Shown here: one piece after another, positions 49,901 through 62,771 of the stretch
Layout of the letters: every line of letters begins with the position of its first letter
How positions within the stretch are numbered: the stretch's first letter is position 1
NCBI GenBank assembly: GCA_040954595.2
Contig: CM082596.2
Coordinates: forward strand, 2,288,999-2,352,998
Direction of reading: 5' to 3'
DNA: 64,000 nucleotides
Source: Balanoglossus misakiensis
Lineage: Eukaryota; Animalia; Hemichordata
Notes under the pieces: generated by a model
What the model was told of the DNA's origin: nothing
Seen by the model: the letters and a program-made list of their open reading frames with translations, nothing else
Databases searched by the model: none
Made by a program: the position numbers and the translations under genes

Positions 49901-52900
49901 ATAAGATGGCCCAGTGTTCAAGGTTGCCAAGGTTGTTTGTACAGGCTGTCTGATGTGTCTGTAGCCTGATTTAACCTTAGCTATTGTATGTGAAAAGGGA
50001 AGATTGTAAAAACAAGTTTTTTACCTGTGCTGGTTTGATGATAAAAGTTGAGCAAGGTTGTTAAGACTTGATGTCATGACGCTGTATCCTTCATCTTTGT
50101 CCAAGCGATACACTGTAGAGTCTCTGTCATAGAAGATGCCTAGATCTCTGACAAAGGAATGAAAAATAAAAAAGACATTCTTAATTCACTGCTGTCACAA
50201 TCCAGTACATGTAATAAAGTTTGCTGGGAAGAGATATCTTACTATCTCTCACAATATCGTTAAAGTGCTACATACTGCACATATCTAACCATCACCATAG
50301 GCAGTAGCATTCTACTATACATCACTTACTTCTCTGTTACTATAGTAATGGTTTTGTCATCAATGTCGGTGACGATTCCAAAACACAAAGCGATCCTGCT
50401 GAGGTCCTGTAAACTGATGGCAAGTCTGTCACCAACGCCGATTCCAACGCTGTTGATGGGCTGTGAACTTATCAGCTGTGAACTGTCAACAGAAGAAAAC
50501 AGAAAAGTACCACTGAGACTGGAACCATAGAGAACTGACATGTCTTCTACATTTTAAATTACCAGTGGCCCCAAATGTTTCACTGTAATATTTATTTTCA
50601 CTTACCATGACTGTTGACCATGTCTACAAAACACACAGATGTACTGTCCATCAATACTCTTGTTCACCGGTCCATATATCATCATGTCTCCCATACACTG
50701 GCCACTCAGTTCTCTGAAATGAAATTTTGAAAATATCAAATATTTCATATTTGTTGTTAAAATACATCAAATGCAATATACTGCATAACAAAAAATAAGT
50801 GTTACCTTTGCTGTACGGATTTCTTCCAAAACACACCTTTCTTCATTGCATGCATTTCAAGCCTACAGAGTGTGTACCACTTCATAAAATACTCCAAGTG
50901 GATTGCCTCCAAATGTCCAACTTCATCCCATATTTCTCGGATTACATCAGATACTGGCATTTTTTCCTTCTCTATGGTTCTGGATACAATAGAAGATAAT
51001 GAATCTTTACATTATTATAGCTGTGAAAATGAGAAAATGACGGTGTTCAAAAATCTTCACTTCAAAAATGAACAGGCTCATCAGATGTAAAGCATACCTG
51101 TACACAAGGGCACATTTCTGGAGTTGTGGACAGTGACGACACGTGAAGTCATCTTCTATCATTTCAGGAAACATTTCGGACTGGTCCTCGTCTACTTTCT
51201 TGTTCAGATAATATGCCAGTTTATTACGGAGATTTAACAATTCTGAGGGAAATGAAATACAAGTGTTTCTGTTAGCGACAGCTGTAGTGAAAGGGTTAAG
51301 AGACAGATTCATAGTATCTGAAATGATAATTGTTACCTCTCTTATCCATGTGATTGGCTGGAACAGACATCATTGCTCCATTCTTCAAATACAGCAACAG
51401 ACCCAGACCACTGTCAGGTTTTACAATTTCTGATAACATCAAACTGTACAAAATCAGCTGAAATACAAATTGAGAGAATTATTGAGTAAAATTGTCGTAA
51501 ACAGTCAACTGAAAACCAGGTACAGTACATGTTATACACAGAACACATGTACAATAGGTGAACAGGACAATTCCTGATTATTCGTGACTGAAATCTGCAT
51601 CAGAACTGCAAATGAAGACATCGCATCATCTGAAAAAAAAACCCACAGCACTGACATAAGAAGATTGACGAGAAATACCTGACTTCTGTGTTCCACTGAG
51701 TTTGTTGGTTTACCCGTCTTTAACTCCAATGGTAGGATAAATGTGTCTGCCCTGTTACTGACTGTCCCTCCTCTGTGAATCTGCAAGTGATTCAGCAGAC
51801 ATGCAAGGATTCAATTTTCTCAGTTGGGCAAAAGTATGTTTAAAAAAGAGAACAAATCTTCAGCAATTAATCCACTTCATTTCTTTGATCTGTACACTAC
51901 ACCCTCTCATCAGAACACACACCTTGACTTCAGCTGTGATGTCAATCTTTCCTTTGATTCCCCATTGTGGACTCCACATGTTGTCTTCTATATCTCTGAT
52001 ATCCGATACACAAATCTTGTGTGTCTTGGATTTATTTTCACCAGGGCTACAAAAATCAAACAAGGCTTACTTGAAAATGGTATGAAGCTCAACACACAGG
52101 CTGCAGATTAATAAATCTATCAATCACTATTTCAGTTGAACAAATTGAAGAGCACAAATCAAACCCTACAGTATTTATTACTCACAATTTGATATCCATC
52201 TTGGATTTTTCTGTCGGAGTTGGTTGCAGGTAGACCTTTGCCCATTCTTCCATTGGAGTCAAGTATGGTTCAACCATATCAAGCATTTCAGATTCTTGTA
52301 TTCCAAGGACATACCTGTCAGAAAGCAAGAGAGGACAATAATCACAACTTTGGTACTTTTTTACATTTATGATACTTGAGTATTTTATAAGACACTGAGT
52401 TGCGCTTAGCATTTTTCTGTTCAGATACTTACATATTGTTCAAATGTGGTTGCTTGGCAATTGTCGTCATGACAATATTACTTAAAGCTTGCTTGCTGAA
52501 TGTTCTTGTCACTATGGCCTGAAAAACACAAGTTGTACATTCATTAATTTAACTCCTTTGATTGCATGGGAAAAACAAATATAGAGTTTTGGGCAGATTC
52601 ATGTGGTTGTATTGGTATGTCAAAATACACCTATCATGTTTCTGACATGGACGTACCTGTTGGAAGACCTCATGAAGGAGGGTACCACAGGCCATGGCTT
52701 TACTACTGAAATCAGAACCCTGAAATGTAAAAAAAAAATAGTGTGATGAAATAATTTCAGTAAACATTACCAGTGCCCATTAAATGAAGGTGTTACAGGA
52801 GTGTGATTACTTGGATTGTCTTGTGGTGTGCTCTTCACAGTACATACACTGTGCATTAAGCACTAGACTTAATTACAAGGTACTCTAAAATACAACACAG

Positions 52901-55900
52901 GTCTTACCTTGAATATTTCACTCAAAACTGACCTGTTAAACAATAATAACATGAAATGTTATCAGCAACCTTTTATCAGATCAAACCAACTTGTACAGAA
53001 GATCAAAAAGTCAAAACTTCTTTGAGGGTAGAAAGTCTCACGTAACTTCAAATCAATAAATATTCACTAAATATTGACTGCCATACTATGGCATAGTAGT
53101 ACACAAACACTATAATGGTCCCCATTACACATACCTTCTTTGGCATCGAATGCTGGATGCAATATTGGTACCAGTCAACAGTAAATCTGGTTCAACCAAC
53201 ACATAGTTCTTCTCTTGGTCAATGATGCATGTACCACTCATATCAAACTCTCCATGGACACATATGGTGCTGCCAATGTCAACTAGTGTACTGGCCCTGA
53301 AACCGTGTCACAAGGGAATAAAACTTTTAAAAAGTGGAATAACTACTACTTAGTACTTGGCAGACACTGTAACTGTCTAGTCTATGCTACCTTTTGTACT
53401 TGAATACTACACAGACATAGCAGAGTAAGCGTTCCCTTACCATATTCCTTTCAGTACCACTGTCTTCTCTGTGTTGGCATCATGTGACAAGGAAACTGTC
53501 AGAGTCAGCTGACTGCAATCAAGAGTCAAAGCTTTATCAAATATACTATCATAATTGATGCAATGTGATGTAGGCTGACGTGATGTGATGTGATGATGTG
53601 ACGGCGTGTGGTATGGTGAAGCCCTTCCACCAAGAAATGCAAATCAACATATTCAGATCAACATCCTTACCCTGGTTTGTATTCACTCTGTATCACTTTG
53701 TAACGATTACGAAGAAAAGATGGCCACTGACTTTGCGTCAACGTATATCCACTTGTATCAAGGCAACTGATGTTACCCTGGAGATGAAAGAAAAAATAGA
53801 GCATGTCTGATAACTATTTTGATAGCTGTGAATTTTGCTCATGATTCGCCATCTCAACTGCAACAAAAGTTATGATTTTTTCCAAATTTTACACTGACGC
53901 GAGCAAGTTCCCTCAAAATTGAAAACACTACATGATGATGTACCTTATGTTTGACTGGAGTGTTGGCAGTTCCTTCAAGTCCGTCCATATCCAGTGCTGC
54001 TAACATGGATTCATTCAATGAACCCCACAGCTCTGACATGCTACTTTCCGACGAAAGTTGAGATGATATTTCGCTCTGCTCCATCTTATTCTCATCAATG
54101 GTATCCAAGGGTATCATTGTTCCATTGTGGTGATCAAGACTTGCAGAATCAAGACTCTGACTTGTGTCAGCAGCTGTAGCTGTTGATATACAAGCCTCTG
54201 TGAATGATTCCTTCCCTTCCTCAAGGCTGACTGTGACATCCATGTCTTCCAAGAGGGACCTCGCAGACTGCCGTCGCGGTGTGCTTTCCTGTGACTCTTT
54301 GCCCCTACACTGCAATTCCACAGCCTGTTTCTTCTTGCAAGGTGATATACCTTTCAGTGGGGACCTCTTCCCTAGAACCGCACCAGTCCAGGAAACAAAC
54401 CGATGTTTGTGCTGCCCTGCGTTTCTTTTACTCCCGGGTGGTGTCTTCTTCTTCAGTTTCACAGATTTCCACTTCACTTCATTGGTTGCAGATTTCAATG
54501 GTACGTTCTCAGTCAGATACCCCTCTAATACATCCAAATCTTCCATTGTCACATCACTGGTGTCCATGGCAACACTTGCAGAACTGCATCCGCCATCTTG
54601 GTCAGAGGTTTCGACATTTTCTTTCTCAGATTTGGAGCTTTCATCATCTTCTCCCGCAAGAGCTGCCTGCATATCATCATCATGCTCTTTGCCGCCACCT
54701 AAATTTCCAGTAAATGACCACTTATTTTTGAAAGGAGAAACCTGTTTTTTAAGGTTGGAACTGGAAACTGGTTTCTTACCATCTCTGAATAACCTGGGCG
54801 CTGCAACTCCTTTACCTGCACTGACTGGCTGTTTATATTTCTTGGGAAACTTCACACTTCTATTCCAAATCAGTGGTACTTCTTTTGATACACCTTGGCT
54901 GGGATTATCTTCGTTCTGTCTTTTCAAACCTGTCATTCTGAAAGGATTTCGACTTCCTTTCGTGTTTCCCAAAATGTGGTGGTTTCCAATTCTCTCTTTC
55001 TTAAGGGGTCTTTTCTCATCTGGCGTGCATGGTATAATCTCATCGTCCAGCGTTGTGTCTTCCCCATCAAACAGAAAAGAATCGTCCAGTGGTGTGGATC
55101 CCCCTGCAGACAGAATGGAATCATCCAGTTTGGTATTGATCACTTCCTTCTTGTCAGGAGTTTCTGGTATGGAGAACTTCTGGTTACCTGGTTGTTGATT
55201 TACACTGGTCTTTCCCTGTTGGCTTGGTCTGCTACTTTTTCTAAAGGTGTCATCATCATCACCATGGGTTTCTATGGTTTTAGATGTAGACACACTCAGT
55301 TGTTTTCTTGGATGTTGGAGTTCTCTGCTGGGTTTCCATTTGGTCGACTTGGTTACGTCTTGAAAATCATCATCATCATCATCGTCATTGGTTTTTGATG
55401 CATTTTTGTCTGGTCTCTCAGTCACAACTACAAAAAATAAAACCATACAAACGAAATATCATATTGATCATCATACAATGTACACCACATGTTGATAGTA
55501 ACTTTCCTGGGGGAAAACATTACATCATTGAAGTAACATGACTACATACATATGCTAATCATACCTGACTTAGATCTCGAGGGCTCGCCAAGTGTCGTGA
55601 ATAGTTTACTCGTGGGCTTAGGTTCATCTTTCTGTGGAGAGATTAGAGAATGTGGCATATAGTATATGACAGAACTTCATGACCTCTGTGCGTGATCGGT
55701 ACAGTATAGAAGTTATTTTCATGAGTGTTGCGGTGTATTCTGTTGATTTTTTTAAAGAGCGAAGCAAGTAAAAATACGGCAGAATACAGCGCATCACGAA
55801 ATTTTAAATTAACAGCTTGAGAGTTCGGCTCACCTTTTTCCCAAAATATTGTAATATTGAAGAATTATTGCTGGGTTGTCGAGACGCCTGAAAGTTAAAT

Positions 55901-56417
55901 AAAATTAATCATTGTTATACTTATAAAACAGTATACATATGAAAATGGTGATCATGCAAGTAACTAACACTAGTACCAGTAAAAGTTAATTGCAAAAGTA
56001 AATTTTGTATCTTGTACAATACATGTATATACATATGATTGAAAATTCATATATTTCTTGTACAAGTAGCCTATTGGTAATTAACATAGCTGTGGTAACG
56101 CAGCTGTACCGTGGGGGGGGGGGGTAATCAGCCCACCCCCACCCCACCCCAGGGTACAGCTGCGTTACCACGGTGACAGCTATAATTAACAATATTTAAA
56201 TTAGAAATATTTATACATGTTATATTTATTTATGATAAACAGAACGAACGAGTGACTCTCCCAAATCAGCACTAAAGTTAAGTACTATCATTTGCACCCT
56301 CTGGCCCCAGGACTGATGGAGGAACCCCCCCCCCCCCTGGCCCAGTGATATTGATTTGTTTGTAAACAAATACACGTGACTCACGGATCGCCCTTTCTTC
56401 TTCTCGCCCTTCACCAT
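46957..56417 (-). CDS. DNA2: DNA replication ATP-dependent helicase/nuclease DNA2, multi-exon
   Basis: Nuclease motifs [38 protein letters not shown]. Fe-S cysteines RCQRR and [12 protein letters not shown]1 helicase motifs [62 protein letters not shown]. Start [11 protein letters not shown] at 56417. Last exon 46995-46957 follows an AT-AC intron. Confidence 0.96.
46996..47099 (-). other. U12-type (minor spliceosome) AT-AC intron, last intron of DNA2
   Basis: 5' site ATATCCTTT (47099-47091), branch TTCCTTAAT (47013-47005), 3' AC (46997-46996). Splicing gives ..YLQDSGL|[12 protein letters not shown], comparable to the human ..LNSEKLIIDLP.. C-terminus as recalled. Confidence 0.9.
48548..48603. 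repeat. (ATACA)n pentanucleotide microsatellite
   Basis: tacaatacaatacaatac... in a DNA2 intron. Confidence 0.9.
56092..56171. repeat. Hairpin element in DNA2 intron 1
   Basis: Perfect 19-bp inverted repeat GTGGTAACGCAGCTGTACC / GGTACAGCTGCGTTACCAC enclosing a G run and (CCCCA)n. Confidence 0.85.
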
Positions 56418-56702
56418 CTCGTTACGTCTTGAAGCAACTGTCGCTATGTTCAAATGTAACAAAACGTTCGAAATAAAGCCTTCAGATCTCCAAAGACTTT
56501 GTGAGGGTTAGCGACACCATTTTTATTTGACCCTCCCGCCAAACGTGCAGCTAAGTGTCCCCGCCCCGTTCCGTACACATACGTAGTGTTGTATGACGGG
56601 AAATACACGTGATCGGAAATAGGGTATAGTCGCCATTTTCCTTCCACAGCACTTCCGCGTTTCGACCCAGCCTCTGTAGTTTCGACCGTTTATCACCCAA
56701 AA
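56418..56702. promoter_or_regulatory. Bidirectional promoter DNA2/ARP3
   Basis: 285 bp between ATGs. E2F-like TTTGGCGGGA (minus, 56543-56534), CHR-like TTTGAA (minus, 56454-56449), E-box CACGTG 56606-56611, YY1-like CGCCATTTT 56631-56639, ETS CACTTCCG 56650-56657. Confidence 0.7.
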
Positions 56703-59700
56703 ATGGCTGGACGAATGCCGGCGGTTGTCATCGACAATGGCACTGGGTAAGTAAAATACTAGGACATATTCAGATTCATTTTGTGAAATTGATTTCACCG
56801 TGCTTATTGCCATCGGCATGATTAACTTTCGTCTGCAGGAGACCACATAATGAAATTGATGGGTGTGTGCATTCCACTTCCGCTTCGCATCTGTAGGGAA
56901 ATATAACTGTTTACCGGTCGAGAATGAGTGTTAAAAACTTAGAAATCCAATTAACACTTTTAGATCTAACAAGAAAACACTGATCACTGTCAGTTTAGCC
57001 TTTGTGACGTTTCCAGTGTACAGGATCATTGGCCAAAGCCAGTTCAGAATGAACTGTGTACAGTGTGTGGCTATGCCTATGGAGCCTGGAGGCAAAGGGG
57101 AGGTGCTTCCCTATTATTAGAAATCACCAAATCCCCTTTGCTTGATCTTTATGTCAGTGAACACAAATAAAACTGCAAGCTTGTACTTTCAAAGCATTGA
57201 TTTTCACACCATAATCATGTGTGTTGTTTAGTCTGTATTTCTACACAGCCAGTATACTGCAGTAGTTGTTATTTTGGTCAACATGAAAATTGGTGTGGTT
57301 TCCTGGTAAAGAGATCACACGATTGCATTCCAGTTCATGTTACATTCGTTAGTGAACAAGCTGACGATGTATTTCAGTGGGAGATGATTGACTTAAACAT
57401 GCAATTTGCAAAGGGATAGAAGTATAGATATTAATAATACTATAGTCAATCTTTAACAGATCACTGATCAGGTTACTTTTTTCTTCTATCAGATATACTA
57501 AGATGGGATTTGCAGGTAACACCGAACCACAGTACATTGTCCCATCAGGTATGTACACATCATAGCAAATCTGTGTGTGCAAAACATCCAATTTATTTCC
57601 AGTTGTGTTGTGATTGGCACCGATCAAGAAACAGAAGTTCACCAGTCTGACCTCTCTAGTTTGCATGACTATAAGTTCATGACCTTTTAGACTTAATGTC
57701 AGTCCGCTCGCTTTACATGTATGGTGGTTCCTCCAACATTGTTGCAGTGTGTTGTTACCTGTTAACTGAGTGATAAAACTGTCATTAAGCGCTGAATGTT
57801 TGATATGTTACAGCTATAGCCATCAAAGAGTCTGCCAAAGTTGGAGATCAGTCCCAGAGAAGGTTGGGGCGTGGTGTGGACGACTTGGATTTCTATATCG
57901 GAGATGAAGCTGTTGACAGACCGAACTATGCTACCAAGGTAAGGCAGAAGGCAGGCAATTGTACGTTTGCTTGGGGCAAAAGTTGAGTATTCAAGCTGTG
58001 ACAAATTGACAACTGGCAAGACAGAATCTGAACAGCTGCTAGTAAATCGAACATGGTTGTGACTTAAGTTTCTTCAATATATCCTTGCAGTATCCCATTC
58101 GTCATGGAATAGTGGAAGATTGGGATTTGATGGAAAGATTCTACGAGCAGGCAATCTTTAAATATTTACATGCAGAACCCGAAGATCATTACTTTCTACT
58201 GGTGAGTCAAGTTTATGATATGTATAAGTAATGTTAACTATTTTCTGCCTACTGTCTTCAGAACCTGTCTTCACATATCAAAATCTTTTCCTTCATTGTG
58301 GACATTGAATGTTTACATGTTTACTGTACTTGTTTATTTGCAGACTGAACCACCACTGAACACACCGGAGAATCGAGAATACACAGCTGAAATAATGTTT
58401 GAAACTTTCAATGTTCCTGGTCTTTACATCGCTGTGCAGGTACAACCATTCTTTCATTTATTTGAGCTCTTGCAGATGTGCTGTCACTAATTTGAAACAT
58501 AAAAGATTTTCCATGAAATAAGGACGATTGGGATGCTGTCTTTTCACATGGTGAGATTTACGTTCAATTTAGTGAAGTCTGTGTTTGATGTTCCCCTGTA
58601 GGCTGTTCTTGCTTTGGCCGCATCCTGGACATCACGGCAGGTCGGAGAACGAACTCTGACTGGCACAGTTATTGACAGCGGAGATGGTGTCACTCACGTC
58701 ATACCTGTGGTGAGTACGAGTGTGTTTTGAAAGATACGGGGTAGATAGGGAAATTCATTTGTCTCTTAACCTTCGGCAGGTGTGACAACTAGCCATTTGA
58801 ATTATCAACCATGCCTAGTTTCTGAACCACTTATACATGTACAATTGATTTCTTGCTGATAGGCGGAGGGTTACGTCATTGGTAGCTGCATCAAACACAT
58901 TCCCATCGCCGGGCGTGACATCACATACTTCATACAGCAGCTGCTTAGGGAAAGAGAAGTTGGAATCCCTCCAGAGCAGTCCCTAGAAACAGCTAAGGCC
59001 ATCAAGGTAAGTCTGGAAGACTGTGACTTTGTTGAGGCAGACTTGTGATTTCTCTTTATGAGCTTTGTGTTGCTATCAGATGCATTTTAACTGACACAAT
59101 GTTGTTATTTCAGGAGCGCTGGGGTTACATTTGTCCCGACATAGTCAAAGAGTTCAGCAAGTATGACACTGACCCTGGCAAATGGATCAAGCGTTACGAG
59201 AGTGTCAATGCCATTACCAAGAAGCCGTTCGGAGTTGACGTGGGATACGAGAGATTTCTCGGACCTGAAATATTCTTCCATCCTGAGGTAATGTCTTTGT
59301 TCTCTTAGTCAAAGATTTAAGTTAATAAGAAAGTGACTGTTTGTCAAGTCAGCTCAAAATAACAATGGGAGATTTATCACAATTTTCACGAGTGCAACAT
59401 CTTTCCTTCGTCTAGTTTGCCAACCCTGATTACACAACACCCATCTCTGCAGTCGTGGATGACGTCATCCAGAATTGCCCGATTGATGTTAGAAGACCAT
59501 TGTACAAGGTAATGTGAACCACAGATGATCATAATTATACCAAAGTTACACTACTGTTTGTATTCTGTAACATACCCTTGAGACCAGCTCCAGTGCTGAC
59601 TTGTAGACGCATCAAGATCTGGCAGAATATAAATGTAATATAACTGTAGGGGGTACTGTTTTAACTATGGGTGTACCAGACCTATGTTCTTTGTGTTCAA

Positions 59701-60489
59701 TTCTGATAAATATTTTATTCTCACCTTTGACGTAGAATGTTGTACTATCAGGAGGATCAACAATGTTCCGTGACTTCGGCCGCAGACTTCAAAGGGATCT
59801 GAAACGAACAGTTGATCATAGACTAAAAATTAGTGAACAACTCAGCGGAGGCAGGATAAAGGTAACACATTTGTTTCCATGACTACAATGCATATCATAA
59901 TTCAGTGGATTTCGTGTAGAGTTCCAAGTGGTAAATTTCCATAGTCGTATCTGATTAACAACTTTGAAAAATAAGATACATCAAGTGTACATACCCCATA
60001 TTGAATTCTTCAGCTCTGTTCGTTGGCATTCAAATTTTATTTGAACACGTACATGTAGAAGCAGAAAACGTCACCAGAATGTGGCACTCCTGTGTCACAC
60101 TCAATATTTACTGATGTTTTGACACTTTTTATTTGACAGCCAAAACCGATCGAGTGCCAGGTTATCACTCATCATATGCAAAGGTACGCTGTCTGGTTTG
60201 GTGGCAGTATGTTAGCATCAACGGTAAGTTGCACTAACTAACCAATTTTTCCACACAATTGCATGTTAGTCTCATGCATCAATATATTGCCATCCCATTG
60301 TATCTAGCTGAATGTTTGTATTGGGTCTGCTGTCTCCATTTACGTACTACTACAGCAAATATTCTAACACTTGGCTTTCCTTCTATTTTCCAGCCTGAAT
60401 TTTATCAAGTTTGTCACACGAAGAAAGATTACGACGAGCACGGCCCAAGCATCTGTCGACACAACCCAGTTTTCGGAACCATGTCGTAG
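56703..60489 (+). CDS. ACTR3: Actin-related protein 3 (Arp2/3 complex), 12 exons
   Basis: [15 protein letters not shown]|[103 protein letters not shown]|[31 protein letters not shown]. Confidence 0.98.
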
Positions 60490-61787
60490 AAGCCCAACAT
60501 CAACAATGGGAAAACATAGCTTAGAATGAACCTTGGTATTTCTGTAGAGGAACAAATTCTGTTTTAATTTTGCCCCCAGCAGAATGTGGTGCTTCATCGG
60601 CCATGATTTAATTTGATATACTCGGGTGTTGAATGTTATATTGTACATCTAAATGAAGAGAAGAATATATGTGAGGAAAAACATTACTAGTTAGACTTTA
60701 ATTGAAAACATTTCACAATTTCTATGGGCTTCCCTTACCAGTCATATTTCAACAGCTTTTCCACTTCTTTGGTACAGGGAAAGAAAATTAATATCATGTA
60801 ATTTCTTTTTAATTAAATCATGTACTGTAACATACGTGTAGCATACATTTTGTTGATTCAATGCATCTTTCCAAAACTATTGCTTGAAAGGGAGTTATAG
60901 TGGCAGATTTTGGTTTATAGATATTTCAAATCAAACCGTTGGATTTATACCAGAGTGCCTGAATGGAAGGTCTCTGAGGGACAATTTAAATCAGGAAGTT
61001 TTGAATGCTTCGATGATCGATCGATCCTCCCAAATATCAGACACAGATCCACTTGATTCATGCATAAAGTGAAAAGTGAAGGTCTAAGATTCATAATTTG
61101 CAAATATATGAACAGTTAATTTGGTCGAAATTATGTACTTAATTGCAGGGAACTTCTTTCTAGTTTATTTTTTTTGTAGCCTTTCTTCGTACATGTATTT
61201 GTAATACCATGCTTTGAAGAGACTCGCATTGGTATAAATTTTACCTTGAGGGGCTATTTTTCAGTTGCTTTATCCCTTTCACCCGCATGGTTTGGTCCAA
61301 GTCCATTGTATTCTGTGGCAAAGTTGGATCTCTATAGAAAGAACTGGGGGTGAAAAGGTTAAGATGCAGGAAATTCTGTGAGCACTTTCAGTGTGTAGCA
61401 ACTTGATCCTTATTTCATATTCGGTCGGAGATTTTTGTTTCATAGCCTAGGAGGGTTTACATAAACAGAGATGTAAAGCTTTGCAGGAGTAAGATTGATA
61501 TTAAACATGAAAGTTCAGACACACTGTTATCTGGTTTGAGTTGATGGTCTGTGTTCGTGTGTTGAAGTTGATGTGTGTGCCACTGTGGTGCAACAGAATG
61601 TATTTAGCAGTAAAAGAGGCAGGTGGCTTTAACAATTATTTGAGCTGAAAATATTCATCAGACTTTATAGCATACAATACGAAAAATTAACCTGTTTGGA
61701 ATGGGCAAAATAGCCAGTTGCCAATGCTGTTGACTTTGTATCAAAATGACTGCATCATGGGTCATCAAATCGTTACTCCATCACGCA

Positions 61788-62771
61788 CTAAAACCTGTTA
61801 TACTTTCCAACGACACTGTTACAGTTCTGGCAATGATGTACAGCGTCTTTGCAAGCATTGACACAGAACGGAATCAGGCAGCAACCGCACCAGCCTCTGT
61901 TGAGGAAAGAAGTATACAGAAAACAAACATTAGCCAGTGTTCAGTCACTTTTGCTCTCCATGGCGGAAATGTCTGAAATCTAGAGAGAATATTGCTCCTT
62001 AAACAAACGAATAATAGTTCGTGACATTTTCCCGAGAACAAGTGTACTCATTTTGTTTGTACAAAATGTACTTACCACCAACCCGCTTACATGATATTTT
62101 ATACTTCTGGAAGTATTTTCGTTTTCAGAATGCCTGTGTTTAAACTCTGATTTATGATACATTATTAAAATAGTACCGTACCCAAACAAACAAACGATGC
62201 CAGCAATGGCCCAGGTCGAAGTTCCAGTACTGTACTCGACTCGAGTTTCAATGTCACACTGGCAAAATGGACACTGGGTCCTCACAGGTATATCACGGTA
62301 GACAGGCTTTCCTATGGAAGAAGAAAAGACAAACAGGCATGTCAGATTTAATATATGATAAAAATACATGTCATCAGTTCAATGGTTGTTGTATAGGCTT
62401 TGGTCAATCATTTACTAACTGGAGGTAAACTTATAGTCATATTGTTTGTACAAATAAAATGGTGGATCTTGAATACACACTTGTAGAAGAAGGTCAGTCC
62501 ATGATGTCTTTGGTTGTCATGTTCTTATTAAAAATATTACATCTCGATGTCAGGATTGGCACTGACAGAGTATCAAAGGCCACCAATCGTTCCTACCTGG
62601 AACTGTCACAATGGTCGTGGTCTGTTGAGGTACAGAATATGCCATTGAACCTTGAGGGGGTGGTGGTTGTTGCATCGACCCTGGGGAATAGGGTTGCGTT
62701 TGAACTGGATAGTTAGGATAGGGTGCTGGTTGGCCACCTGCAGTGGGGTATACTGCTGTCTTGTCGGTCAT
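61788..62771 (-). CDS. LITAF/CDIP1-family zinc-ribbon membrane protein
   Basis: Exons 62771-62597 (Pro/Gln/Tyr-rich), 62311-62182 (PVRTQCPFCQ..IETRVEY..GT.TW + hydrophobic stretch) and 61896-61788 (GCCLIPFCVNACKDAVHHCQNCNSVVGKY): CxxC - hydrophobic - HxCxxC LITAF signature. Confidence 0.93.

Noticed and set aside
54164-55198. 344-aa plus-strand ORF (and overlapping 144- and 167-aa ORFs)
   Set aside because: Antisense shadow of the large DNA2 exon; Ser/Phe/Leu-rich with no domain or splice support.
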